Assembly (NCBI RefSeq): GCF_004010195.1
Contig: NC_057718.1
Location: forward strand, 90,506,376 to 90,570,375
Direction of reading: 5' to 3'
DNA: 64,000 nucleotides
Origin: Chiloscyllium plagiosum
Taxonomy: Eukaryota
In this document: positions 1 to 13,141 of the stretch, in pieces
Position numbering within the stretch: the stretch's first letter is position 1
Layout: each line of letters opens with the position of its first letter
Made by a program: the position numbers and the translations under genes
The notes under the pieces: generated by a model
Database searches by the model: none
Told to the model about the DNA's origin: nothing
Seen by the model: only the letters and a program-made list of their open reading frames with translations

Positions 1-122
1 TGTGCGAGTTTGTGTTAGTGCGCGTGTGTGTGTGTGTGTATGGGTGGGTGTGTGTAAATGTGGGTGGATGTGTGAGGGTGTGTCGTTGCAAGTATGTGGA
101 TGTGTGTCTATGTATAGGGTGA

Positions 123-166
<44 letters not shown>
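1..166. repeat. (TG)n microsatellite region
   Basis: Pure TG run at ~124-165 with degenerate TG upstream. Confidence 0.95.
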
Positions 167-1758
167 TGTACGGCGAGCAGAGAAACCATCTAGAGGCAGA
201 GCAATGTTTCGTGGAAAGGATACAAATGCCTCCCCACCTCAAAACAAATTGGATAACAATAAGAAATTACAGTGACTCCTGGGCAACAACAGAGGTTTGT
301 TTTCTGTTGTGATCACATTATGAGAAGGGCACTCATTAATAGGAACCGAGGCTTGGATGGTTTCCAGTTTATCTTGTCTCTATCCCCAACCCCTTCACCC
401 CCCTCCCCACTTCTCCCCACACCCCTACCAGAAGTTAGAGAGGTGAACCAAGTTTACTCGTGTGCCTCTGATTCTGGATTAATGCTCCCAGGTTAGATTC
501 ATGGACTGTGCTGTAGTGCACTGTTACACCTCAAGGGTCAGTGGCTACATTCCTGACTCTGCCCCTCACTGGGGTGACCATGTGCATCGATGTCCAGTCT
601 TCAGGAGGTCCCTGTTCAAGTCCCTCTCTCGGTCGGCTTTCGCGAGGCATTGGTATTTTTTGCTCTAAGTGGCGACTATCACTGTGCTTCTGAGGAGAGG
701 TGGTTCTGTCTGTGTGCACTGAAGTGATGGGATAACACTGTCTGTAATGTTGAGCTGTGCAGGGATCTGGACTATGACCGTAGTCCTCATCACCAGTTTG
801 ATTCAAATTGAAACGAAAAGCCAGCCGAATTGCACCATGTGTATTATTGAAAGAGGCGGGTGTTTCGGGTGGCCAGCTAGGCAAAAACTGAGCAAAAATA
901 TTGGTCACTCAAGAAATTCGAGGCAGAATTGGGGTATCATGGCTGTTGGTAATAATGAACATCCATCACCTTATGTTCTGCTGGTCTCAAGTGCCAGCGT
1001 AACTAGGTGACCCAGGTGAGGTTTATATTAAAAAGACTAGAATATACAATATAGACTGTCATCTCACCTGTGGGTTCACCTAGATTACACTATTTTCAGA
1101 CACTTCAAGATGCTTAGTGGAAAGTGACTCCCTCCCAACTATCTATTACTGCATGTCCATTTTGCTTATCTGCTTGCAAATGGAATACATCTTCAAGTTT
1201 GTTTGTCTTTTGCCAGCACCTAAGAATTCAGTTCTGCTGAACATGGGGAAAAATGTCTGTTGAAAGCTGTTACGGGGGATGCACGTCAGAGACTACTATG
1301 TTTACAGTGATAAGAAGTGATTTTATCAAAATAATTCTCTCATAATCCTGGTGTTGTAATAGTAGAGTGCTGATTGAACAGAAGGCTATAACTGATAAAA
1401 ATGATGCCCATCTCTTGTTAGGTACTGAATATTTGTCAAGTGTTGAACACCACTCCAATAAGTGAGGCAGTCCTGAAGCCACGAACCTAATCAGGCAAGA
1501 GGTCCCTTTCATTAAGATAAGACTGTTCTCACTGCACTTATCTCCTGCAGAATTAGATAAAAACAATGACTGCAGATGCTGGAAACCAGATTCTGGATTA
1601 GTGATGCTGGAAGAGCACAGCAGAACTGCAGAACTAGAGTTCACCCTCATTAATCCTACAGCTGACCCCGTGTGGTTCTTAAATGTGCTTGTGCCTTGTC
1701 ATTGTACAACACAATATACGTCCGGGAGCCTTTTCTGCAGTTTCTTTTTAAAAGACTA

Positions 1759-1897
1759 GATTGTGGAGGAGCCGGTGATGAACTGGGTTGGACAAAGTTA
1801 AAAATCACACAACACCAGGTTATAGTCCAACACCAGGTTACAGTGCTTCCAAATAAACCTGTTGGACTATAACCTGGTGTTGTGTGATTTTTAACTT
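1759..1897. mobile_element. Palindromic PLE-derived insertion (family B), internally deleted
   Basis: Same inverted arms as 47969-48175, but the central hammerhead segment is missing. Confidence 0.7.
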
Positions 1898-4800
1898 AAT
1901 AGGCTAGTTTAGTGCACATCTGAATGATTTTAGACCTAACTCTCACCATTACGATGACACATCCCAAAGAAATGGCAGTGCAGAATTGATCAATAAATTA
2001 TGCAGCCTCACTGTATGAGGCTGAATTTATTTTTCTTTTAAAAATCCTTTGCAGGATGTGGCTGTTACTGACTAGGTCAGCATTTATTGCCGATACCTAA
2101 TTGCCCCTAAAAACGGTGGTGGGAAGCCACAGTCCAAGTGGTGTGTGTCCATCTACAGTGCTGTTCGAGAGGGAGTCACAGAATGTTCACTCCGTGCCAG
2201 TGAAAGAACAGAGATGTGGTTCCAGATCAGGAGTGCATGTGTGTCTTGGAGGGGAGCTTGGTGTTTGTGTTGTAACCTATGACGTATATTTTCGAACATT
2301 TATTGGCATTCTACTTATTTATGTGATGATCCTTGTCTTGGTGATAGGATGAGTGTCAGTACTGGTTGGGAATCTTGAGGGTTAAGAAAGCCAATGTGCT
2401 CAACCAGCTGTGAAGGAAGCAGTTTTGTTAATTCAGAATGCGTTTCTGTAACCAAGGTACTGAAATTATGGAGTCATTTTATTGATGAAGGTGATCATTG
2501 TTGGCCAAACAGTGGAATCTTACTCTAGAGGAGCTCCAACTGTCAATATTTGTGCACTGTAGATGGACACACACCACTTGGACTGCAATGGCCAAGAAAG
2601 TGGCTTGCCACCACCGTTTTTAGGGGCAACTAGGGATTGGCAATAAATGCTAATATGCTCTAAAAAATGTGATAGCCGAAAAGTGGCTGTCACTCATAAG
2701 TTAGTGAGGTCTTGCCTACAAGCAAGGATGCTGTTTATCCCATACAATTCTTATTTTAAACTCTCTATTTTGTATTGACACAGAAACGTAGCTGGCCAAG
2801 TAATGATTCAGCCATTCCCTTCTGGCGTTTTCTTTCGGGTAAAATAATTCTCGATAGATCTGTAACTCACCTTGCATAAACCCACCTCCATCCCTTCAAT
2901 CCTCAACTTCTCTGTTCATTTTCTCTCTCTTCTGGATCTTTGCACAGAAAGCCGCAGCACTGCTAGCATGGAGGAGGGTGACTGTGTTTTATTCTTAAAA
3001 GCCTAGGTTATTGGAGATTTCAATAATCCCAATGAGCTAGGAGTACATTTGCCGATTCATCAAATAACCAGCTTGAATTGGGTGCATCCGGGCTGAATTT
3101 GCGCTCTATTTAATTCGTTCATGGGATGTGGGTGTTGCTGGTGCTAGTGCATGTCATAAACATTGATGTCAGTGCAAGGTAGGGAAGTAGCTTTGAGGCT
3201 GATAAAGATTTAGTTAGCGGGGGGAAGACACATTAACCCGCAGTTCTGCTGTTTTCCTAGTTCAACAATGGAGCCTGGACTGATTTTTGACTTCATTACT
3301 TATAGTTGGCCAGTGATACTCTATCCCACTATGAGGGAAAGGATAATGGAGAGAGCAGGGGTGTGGGAGTGGGGGAGAGAGATGAGCTGTGAGAGAGATG
3401 ATACGTGGAGGGTAGGGAATCACTGTGACCATTGCTGCCTTGGTGCCCTAAATTTCCTGCATGTGATCCCACCTGAGGTCCGGACCCCAGCCTTGGGATA
3501 CCCTGAAGTAGGTTGTTTGATTCCATCAGTGCTGACAATTGTAGCCATGGCTCCCAGCGGTGAAATCTGGTTGTGTCTGAAAGTAGGGAGTTCCTACCTT
3601 TGCCAACAACAGGTAGTAAGTAACGTGGTTGACATCGAAAACATTGCAAAGACCAGAAGACTTTTTACTGGCCTCCAAGGGCAAGATGTTGAATGAGAAT
3701 GAGTGCTGGAGTTTATGTACAAGGCATATCTGAACTGAATTCATTCTTGAAAACTTGCTTGCAGGATGTAGATGTCACTGGCAAGTGCAGTATTTGAGAA
3801 TTATTTGTTCTGCCTTCTTGAAACACTGCACACTCTGTAGTATGGTTATAGTAATAGCTCTGTTCGGAAGGAAAGTTTGGAATTTGACCCATTGGCAATA
3901 AGGGAACAGCGATACTTTCAAGTTAGGATGGCGTGTGACTTGGAGGGGAACCTTACCTGTGGTGTTCCCATTGCTTTTGCTTTCCTTGTCCTCCTGGGTG
4001 GTAAAGGTTATGGGTTTGGAAGGTGGCATTGAAAGAGCCATTGGGAATTGCTGTGGTGCATCTTGTAGGTGGGACACACTGGTGTCACTGAGAGCCAGTG
4101 AAGAACAGATTGAATGTCAAAGTTGGTGGGTGGGGTATGAATCAAGTGGGCAGTTTTGTCTTTGATGATGTTGAGCTCCTTGAGTGTTGGAGCTTCATTC
4201 TTCCAGGCAGGTGGGGAGTATTCCATCGCACTCCGGACTGTAGATGGTAGCAAGTCCTTGGGGAGTCAGGAGGTGAGTTACTCGCTGCAGAATTCCTAGT
4301 CTCTGGCCTGCTTTTGTATCCAGTGCTAGTCTGGATAGACCACAACTTCTCAGCCATCCTTCCCTCAGCCAACTCGTGAGAGTTTCTCTTGCTTTCTTTG
4401 GCCCTCTAGGTAGAGATCCTGTATCAGCTTGGATCAGATAATATTTAGTTCAGGTGACATTTACTCTTCTGTCAGACACATGTATGTGTTTAAATCTCTC
4501 CCCACAACCACCCCAACCCAATCCTGAAACCAAATGAGTACTATCCACTGTAGTGTAGCGATGGCAGTGTCTTAGAAACATAGAAAGTAGGATCATGGCT
4601 GATCATCCAACTCAGTGTCCTGTTCCTGCTTTGATCCCTTTAGCCCTCCGAATTGTAGCTTGAAAACCTTCAATGTTTTGGCCCGAACCACTTCCTGAGG
4701 CAGAGAATTCTACGTGCTGACCACTCTCTGGGTGAAGAGTTTTCTCCTCTACTCAGTCCTAAATGGCCTACGCCCATATCGTTAGACTCTGACCCTTGGT

Positions 4801-5360
4801 TCAGACTCCCCAGTTATCAGGAACATCTTTCCTGTGTACTTCCATTAGAGTGTTATAGGTTTTCCAAACGTGGTGCTTTGAGGCTTTGGTGCTCAAGGCT
4901 TCAACCGGTCTAACCACTCCAACTGAGAGTCCTCAGTCCCCATGAGTCACAGTCTGTCTTTGCCTGTGTTTCAGGTTACTGCTCAGATGATATGCCTTTG
5001 TATAGTCGCTTCAAGTTTTCGACTGTGGTTGAGTAACCATTCCATGAGTCTATGACTTTGACTGTAAACTTGTCGAGTGTATTTATTAAGCAGTAAATGG
5101 GTAAGAGAGGAAAGGCTAGGGTTACATAAGTGCAATTTTAACAACTCTTCAGAAGGTTTAAAAAAACACGTTAGCATCCAGCAACATGAACTGGACCAGC
5201 CCCAAGGGGGGGGGGGCTGCAATTGTTTAACCTTGTGAGGTAGTTTATGGCTTATCTACAGTGGCATCAGGTGGTTGACTCAATTAGCACTAAGCAACCT
5301 ATGAACTTGTATTTCAAAGTGTGACCTTGTGGAAGGAGGTTTAAGTATGTGTCTCTTAAA

Positions 5361-5670
5361 TAGATTAGAATCACTACAGTGTGGGAACAGGCTCTATAGC
5401 CCAACCAGTCCACACCGACCCTCCGAAGAGCAACCCGCCCAGACCCATTTCCCTCTGACTAACGCACCTAGCACTATGGGCAATTTAGCATGGCCAATTC
5501 ACCTGACCTGCACATCTTTAGACTGTGAGAGGAAACCGGAGCAACCGGGGGAAACCCATACAGACACGGGGAGAATGTGCAAACTCCACACAGATAGTCA
5601 CCCGAGGGTGGAATCAAACCCGGGTCCCTGGCACATGAGGCAGCAGTGCTAACCACTGAGCCACTGTGCC
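5361..5670 (-). mobile_element. HE1-type tRNA-derived SINE
   Basis: A-box TGGCTCAGTGG and B-box GGTTTGATTCC on the - strand, conserved body, (TCTAA)n tail. Confidence 0.85.
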
Positions 5671-5842
5671 ATCTCATGGTTGTCAATCATACACATATTC
5701 AGGCATGATTGCTTACGAGTTGAATGTCTCTGTCTCAGCTCTTTGGCCACTGGTAGGCCATTAGTCAGATGTCCCCCTGTATCCATGAACCTAAAACGTG
5801 TTCCCCCCCCTGTAAATTTCAGGTTGTATGAGCTGCTAATGA

Positions 5843-6158
5843 GCACGGTGGTTAGCACTGCAACCACACAGCGGTAGGGACCCGGGTTCGATTTCAGCCT
5901 CAGGGCAACTGTCTGTGTGGAGTTTGCACGTTCTCCCTGTGTCTGCGTGGGTTTCCTCCGGGTGCTCCGGTTTCCTCCCTCAATCCAAAGATGTGCAGGT
6001 CAGGTGAATTGGCCATGCTAAATTGCCCGTGGTGTTAGGTGCATTAGTAGATATAGGGTAGGTGAATGGGTCTGGGTGGGCTACTCTTCGGAAGGTCGGT
6101 GTGGACTTGTGGGCTGAAGGGCCTGTTTCCATACTGTAGGGAAACTAATCTAATCTAA
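5843..6158 (+). mobile_element. HE1-type SINE
   Basis: GCACGGTGGTTAGCACTGC...GGGTTCGATTTC...TGTGTGGAGTTTGCAC...CTAATCTAATCTAA. Confidence 0.85.
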
Positions 6159-7720
6159 AGAATGCAAGACCATCAGGTAATTACCCAGTAAATGGTGGGA
6201 TTTTAAGGATTGACAGAGAAGTAGCAGAGAATCAAACTCAGATTGGGGTTAAAAAGACACAAAGAGAAAGGGCGGCTGGTTGGAGAAAGGACAGGACGGA
6301 AAAGTTTTGAATGTTAATAACCGCGTGTGTCGTTGACATGCCATTATTTTTCTGGCAAGTTCCGCCCATTATGTCTGCATCTGAGTGTATTGTGTATCCA
6401 AACAAACGGCAGCATTTAGTGTGATTGAATCTACCTTTTAACTCCTTGTGGACCATGATGGGAAAGAAAGAAGCATAATACACCAAAGAGAGAATGACTT
6501 GCTTTGGTGGTGTTCTTTGATTTTGATATTAAAACACAAGGCCCTTCAGCTGATGTTCGTGGTTGAGGTCGCGAACCATGTACAAAAGTCCCCCATGAGC
6601 CTGTTTGATAGGCCTCCATTGACAACTGCCATCAGAACAGCTCTCATCCCAACTGCCATGGACTGACATCAAACTGAGTTGCCATTGGTTGAGGGAGGAA
6701 TTTGGTCAGGCTGACCTTTCAGTTGATCACTTGTGGGATCTTGCTGCGCACTCCCCCATTTTGCCTGGATCATAGTCAATGCATTTCCGTGTAGCTAATT
6801 GTACATGCACCACCAATTGGGAGATATGATTAAGTACTATTTAAGTGCATGTTCAGTGGTGTACTTAAAGATTTCTGGCCTACAATTTAGGCCCTGTCGA
6901 CAGGTAACCTCAAACAGACTGTTAATAGTTCACTGTTTCTGTTTTTGGATTTACAACAAATGCCAATCCCAGAAGCAGATTAGAATCTCCGTTTTTGTCT
7001 GTACACTGTACAGTGCAATGTTTTAAAAACGTTTAGTTCCTAATTAAGTTGTCCAAATGGGACCCACACTATCATTGGCTTGATTTCTTTGGAAGATGAA
7101 AAGCACCATGAGACAAGTCAAAAGTTATCAATCGATTAATTTACAAATACAGTTAGAGATGCAGTGAGGCATGTCAAATTATTTCCGGCACAGTGGTTAA
7201 AATGGAAGGCAAAGAGTTAATAAACCCTTTCTTAGCTGACGTTCTTACAGTGCTTGCTAATTTCTCGGAGCCCTCCGCAGTGCTAGTTGTGTGTAGATGA
7301 TGGAGGTGACTAATTTGCGGCCGTCAGATTTTGAGATAAATATTAAAAACAACACAACGCTCTTCAACAGCACTGAGCTTCCTAAAATGGTCTCAAACAC
7401 AGTAGATAGGAAAGGTCAATTGAATGACATGTTACTGAGAAATTCCTTACACACAACGTGTGTCCTAGATCTGCCAAAGCTTTGAAGCAGGAAGACACTC
7501 ATCTGTGACTTATCAGATTCCTGAACCTGGCCTGTTGGACAATGAAGTATTGGGCCATTCAGCCCATCTGAGCTGCTCCGCCAGTCATTTAGATCATGGC
7601 TGACCTGTAATTTACCCCCACATGCTTGCTTGTGTTTCTCTCAATAATCTTCACTAATGTCCTTTAGGCATCCATACCTACATGTGACTCCAGACCCATG
7701 GCAATGTAGTTGACTTTCAG

Positions 7721-8006
7721 TTAGATTAGATTCCCTCCAGTGTGGAAACAGGCCCTTCGGCCCAATAAGTCCATACTGGTCCTCTGAAGAGTAACCCAGA
7801 CCCATTTCCCCTCTGACTAATGCAATTAACATTATGGAATTTAGCATGGCCAAGTCACCTGGCCTGCACATCTTTGGATTGTGGGAGGAAACAGACACAG
7901 GGAGAACCTGCAGACTCCACACAGGCAGTTGCCCGAGGCTGGAATCAAACCTGGGTCCCTGGCATTGTGAGGCAGCAGTGCTAACCACTGAGCCACCATG
8001 CCACCC
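7721..8006 (-). mobile_element. HE1-type SINE
   Basis: Same consensus on the - strand with an internal deletion. Confidence 0.8.
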
Positions 8007-8707
8007 ATTAGGGGTGGGCAACAAATGCTGGCCTAACCAGCAACACCCATATAGAACATAGAACATTGAACATTACAGCGCAGTACAGACCTTTCAGCCC
8101 TCGATGTTGCACCGACCTGTCATACCAATCTGAAGCCCATCTGACCTACACTATTCCATGTACGTCCATATGCTTGTCCAATGACGACTTAACTGTATCC
8201 CATGAATGAATGAAAAAGAAATCCTGCCTGGCAAAATACTGGTGATCTCATCAGGGTTAGGGTATGGATTGGTTCGGTTCAGCTAAAACCCACAATTTGA
8301 AGTGAGTTGGACGCTTCCACTAGCTTTGTCTGAAGACATCTTTGTTGTTACACTGACAGATCTGGAGGCGCACATTATTGCTTTCAACAGAGTGTCAAGA
8401 AATTTGTAAAACTGGGCATGACCTTTGCAAAGCTGAAACAATGTGCATTAATTGAGCGTAGGCTTCTGAATGTCATGGTGTTTTTGTTTTGTCTCTTGTA
8501 ACTCCTACTCTTCTCTCCCGAAGCTTAGGGCCCATCCTCCGACTCAGTCTGATACGCCTGAGACCACATTTCCATAGTGTGGTGGTTATAATCATTAAAT
8601 TAAATGGGCCTATGATCCTTGCTGACTAGCTAGGCTGATCGATTAGAAAGTATGTCAGGTCAGATTTTGTGTCCCACTGACTACAGTTCCAGATTTTCAC
8701 GTGGGTT

Positions 8708-9133
8708 GGCATGGTGTCCCAGTGGTTAGCACTGCTGCCTCACAGTGCCATGCACCTGGGTTTGATTCCAGCCTCGGCCGACTGTCTGTATGGAGTTTGC
8801 ACATTCTCTCCGGGTCAGCGTGGGTTTCCTCCAGGTGCTCCGGTTTCCTCCCACAATCCAAAGATGTGCAGGATTGGGGTGGACAATGTCAGGCATGAAG
8901 TGCTTATGATTTCAAATAAACCTGTTGGACTGTAACCTGGTATCACGTGGCTTGGTCCGAAGATGTGCAGGTTAGGTGGATTGGCCGTGCATAGTGTCCA
9001 GGGACCTGTAGGCTAGGTGGGTTGGCCATGGAAAATATAAAGTTATAGGAGTGGGGGTGGGTCTGGGTGGGATGTCTTTTGGAGGGTCAGTGTGGACTTG
9101 ATGGGCTGATTGGTCTGCTTCCATTGTAAAGGG
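8708..9133 (+). mobile_element. HE1-type SINE interrupted by a family-B PLE fragment (~8874-8950)
   Basis: SINE body resumes with a duplicated AAGATGTGCAGG after the insert. Confidence 0.7.
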
Positions 9134-9399
9134 ATTATAATTTTTTTTTCTATCCTACCCATGCACCAAGAATTAATCAATACAAAGGTGAGATGCTGAA
9201 GCAAATTCCTACTCATTTCAGCTGGTAACATCAGTAAATCCAGTGGTAATGACCCTACCTCTGGACCAGAATCTCTGGGTTCAAGCCTCACTTGACGACT
9301 TGAAGCCAGGAGCTTGGTGACTGGCCGGAGCGTCCTGGCATTAAGAGCTTCCAAGAGGAGAATTTTGCCGTGAGTGACAAACACACACACGTCAGCACA

Positions 9400-9675
9400 G
9401 ACCCATCGGCACCACTCAGACCCATCCCTCTATCCTATCACTCTGTGTTTCCCATGGCTAACCCATCTAGCCGACACATCCCTGAACACAATGGACAACT
9501 TAACATGGCCAATCTGCCCTAACTTGCACATCTTTGGACTGCTGGAAGAAACCAGAGCAAAACCACCCAGACATAGTGAGAAAATGCAAACTCCACACAG
9601 ACATTTGCCTGAGGGTAGGATCGAACCCAGGTCCCTGGCACTGTCAGGCAGCAGTGCTAACCACTGAGCCACCCT
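9400..9675 (-). mobile_element. HE1-type SINE (diverged)
   Basis: Consensus head and body on the - strand. Confidence 0.75.
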
Positions 9676-9699
9676 TAAGTCTTGAAAGTCAGTTTCCAG

Positions 9700-10205
9700 A
9701 TTTAATTTCCTTATCTGAGGAAGATTGTTCTATAGAGGGGACACAGCAAAACCTTGCCCAGTTGGTTCCTGGGATGTCAGGACTGACTTATGAGGAGAGG
9801 TTGAGCTGATTAAGATTGAATTCACTGGGGTTGAGATGAATGACAAGGATCTCATAGAAACTGATAAAATTCTAACAGGGTTAGACAAGTCCAATGCAGG
9901 AAGGATGTTCCCATTGGTGAGGGAGTGCAGAACCAAGGGTTATCGTTTATGAATAAGTGGTAAACATTTTAGAACTGAAATGAGGAGCAGTTTCTTCACC
10001 TGGAGAGATTGGAATTCACTACCACACAAAGCAATTGAGGCCAGAACATTGTGTGTTTTCAAGAAGGAGATCTATGTAGCTCTTTTGTCTAAAAGAATCA
10101 AGGGATGAGGGGGTTGCATTAGGGTATTGAGCTCGATGATCAGCCGTGACCATGATGGAGCAGATTCGAGGGGCCGAATGTCTTCTCCCTTTCTTCTCTG
10201 TTTTC
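9700..10205 (+). mobile_element. CR1 LINE 3' fragment
   Basis: LVPGMSGLTYEERL remnant and a typical CR1 3' UTR. Confidence 0.7.
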
Positions 10206-10995
10206 CATGAACCTTACCCCATACTGACTGGGTCAGTATTCCATGATGCCAGTCAAGGGCAGCTCTTCAAATTCCCCTCACTACTGTAACTTCAGAGACA
10301 TGTTTTACATTTTAATCTGGCAGAAAAATAAGAAACTCATGAGTGCACAACAATAAAGCCATTAAAATGGTCAGTGTAGTTTTTAAAACTAATTTTAAGT
10401 AATTATGAATTAGATTACTCAAAGTGGCTGACAGAGCTATTTGAAAAAGTGACTGACATCGAGTCTAGAAATGAAATACATTAGCAGGTGCTCGGAGGAA
10501 GGGGGCACTTATTAAAATGCTTAATTGTGCCGATTAAATCCATCTGTGTTAATAAAACTGCAGTAGGTTATCACTTGAATATGTCTAAGATTGCTTTTTA
10601 CTGGGAATAATAATAAAATAAATAATTGCATGCTAATATATTGCCCAACTGTACTAGGTCACTGAAGGTCTTACATTTGTGGTTAGGCAAATGAATTTTA
10701 TTGAAAATTTGAACTGTAACCTAGCCTGTGTCATTTTCAGTGCACCACTAATAGCATCTCATGTAGAAACTCTCTCCCAGTGACAGCAGCTAAACCTGAT
10801 AGGGTCTTCAGCTGATTGTCAGATGTGCTGCTTTCTAATGGAGTCAGTTGGTAATGGGTACGCACTGTTGCAATGCAGAGTGACATCAACAGAGTGGGTT
10901 CAATTCCTGCACCGGCTGACGTTACCATAAAGGACTCTCCTTCTCAACCTCTCCCCTCACCTGAGGTGTGGTGACCCTCAGGCTAAATTACCACC

Positions 10996-11279
10996 AGTGG
11001 CTCAGTGCTGCCTCACAGCACCAGGGACCCAGGTTCGATTTCAGCCTCGGGCGACTGTCTGTGTGGAGTTTGCACATTCTCTCCGTGTCTGCGTGGGTTT
11101 GATCCGGTTTCCTCCCACAATCCAAAGATGTGCATGCCAGGAGAATTGGCCATGCTAAATTGCCCATAGTGTTAGGTACGTTAGTTAGGGGAATGGGTCT
11201 GGGTGGGTTACTCTGCGGAGGGTCGCTGTGGACTGGTTGGGCCAAAGGGCCTGTTTCTGCACTGTAGCAAATCTAATCT
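10996..11279 (+). mobile_element. HE1-type SINE
   Basis: GTGGCTCAGTGCTGCCTCACAGC...AATCTAATCT. It appears nested in an older SINE spanning ~10840-11698. Confidence 0.8.
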
Positions 11280-11310
11280 TATCTTTAATGAGAGAGCAGA
11301 CCTACAATGA

Positions 11311-11658
11311 ATCAGAATCATAGAATTCCTACAGCGTGGAAACAGACCATTTGGCTCAACAAGTCCACATCAACCCTCCAAAGAGTGACCCATTCCCCTA
11401 CGCTATTACTCTACATTTTATCCCGACTAATACACCTAACCTACACATCTCTGAACATTATGGGCAATTTAGCGTGGCCAATCCACCTGACCTGCACATC
11501 TTTGGATTGTTGGAGGAAACTGGAGCACCCGGAGGAAACCCGCACAGACACGGGGAGAACGTGCAAACTCCACACAGACAGTAGCCTGAGGGTGGAATCG
11601 AACCTTTGACCCTGGTGCTGTGAGGCAGCAGTGCTACCCACTGAGCCACCGTGCTGCC
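11311..11658 (-). mobile_element. HE1-type SINE
   Basis: Full-length, tail-to-tail with the previous copy. Confidence 0.85.
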
Positions 11659-12038
11659 TTGGTAAGGCTATGGTAACTTGACCTTTACCTTTACCTATCA
11701 ATAGGAAATATATGGGCTGAAGAGCCTAATTCTCCTCCTATATCTGATGGTCTTGGGGAACCTCCGCTATTTCAATGACCTCATCACCATCTTCTGTCTT
11801 AGGACAGTGCACTGGTTGAACTGTGTGAACTCTTTGCAGATTCGTGTGTGGAATGAACTTCCTGAGGAAGTGCTGGATGTGGGTACAGTTACAACTTTTA
11901 AAAGACATTTGGATCGGTACATGAACAGGAAAGGTTTGGAAGGACTTGGGCCAGGAGCAGGCAGGTGGGACTAGTTTAGTTTGGCATTGTGTTCGGCATG
12001 GTGTGGTTGGACCAAAGAGTCTGTTTCCATGCTCTATG

Positions 12039-12200
12039 TCAGACGTCACCAGATTATAGTTCAGCAGGTTTATTTGGAATCAGACAGTTTCAAAGGCAGC
12101 TCCAAAAGCTTGTGATTTCAATTAAACCTGTTGGACTATAACCTGGTGTCATGTGATTTCTGACTGTGTCTAGCCCTGTCGGCACGGTGGTCAGCGGTTA
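12039..12200. mobile_element. Diverged palindromic PLE-derived insertion (family B-like)
   Basis: GTCAGACGTCACCAGATTATAGTTCAGCAGGTTTATTTG... inverted against ...TAAACCTGTTGGACTATAACCTGGTGTCATGTGATTTCTGAC. Confidence 0.6.
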
Positions 12201-12475
12201 GCACTGCTGCCTCACAGCAGCAGGGACCCGGGTTTGATTCTAGCCTCGGGTGACTGTCTGTGTGGAGTTTGCACGTTCTCCCTGTGCCTGCGTGGGTTTC
12301 CTCCCACAATCCAAAGATGTGCAGGTCAGGTGAATTGGCCATGCTAAATTGCCCATAGTGTGAGTCAGGGGTAAATGTAGGGGAATGGGTCTGGGTGGGT
12401 TGCTCTTAGGAGCGTTGGTGTGGACTTGTTGGGATGAAGGGCCTGTTTCCATACTGTAGGGAATCTAATATAATC
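12181..12475 (+). mobile_element. HE1-type SINE
   Basis: GGCACGGTGGTCAGCGGTTAGCACTGCTGCCTCACAGC head, TCTAA tail. Confidence 0.85.
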
Positions 12476-12696
12476 TGTCCAACACTAGCATCTCCACATT
12501 ATAACTCTATGAGCATTTGCTACTGTGTGTTCTTTATCCTTAATGTCTCTGTCTCACACACAATCCAGGTAGGGTGATGTAACTTATAAAAATCAGTAAC
12601 ATGATCAGAATTACTGACATAAATACCTAGTTACTTGGGATGTTAATAAGTTACATACCTTCACTTCTCAGTCTATTGCTAAACCATGGCAATTAA

Positions 12697-13016
12697 ATTA
12701 GATTCCCTAATGGGGAAACAGGCCCTTCGGCCCAACAAGTCTCCGAAGAGTGACCCACCCAGACCATTCCCCCACCCTAATACTCTACATTTAACCCTGA
12801 CTAATGTGCCTAACGTACACGTCCCTGAACACTATGGGCAATTTAGCATGGCCAATTCACCTGATCTGTACATCTTTGGATTGTGGGAGGAAACCCACAC
12901 AGATACAGGGAGAAAGTGCAAACTCCGCACAGACAGTCACCTGAGGGTGGGGATTGAACCTGGGTCCCTGGCGCTGTGAGGCAGCAGTGCTAACCACTGA
13001 GCCACTGTGCCGCCCC
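12697..13016 (-). mobile_element. HE1-type SINE
   Basis: Full head GGGGCGGCACAGTGGCTCAGTGG on the - strand. Confidence 0.85.
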
Positions 13017-13141
13017 ATTTGATAACCTAATCAAGCAGTTTTAGTCATTATCGCCTCTAAACTAGCTGAGCTAAATCTTGAACTTATTTCACAGTAAGTG
13101 GTGACTTGGTTATATCTCTCTTTCAGCATTATAATTAGATT

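Noticed and set aside
127..312. Candidate first exon near the window start
   Set aside because: It begins in a TG repeat and lacks the basic stretch plus hydrophobic signal segment expected of NCKX exon 1. There is no CpG island.
3268..3696. 142-aa ORF
   Set aside because: No recognisable protein motif or convincing splice context. Its length is compatible with chance.
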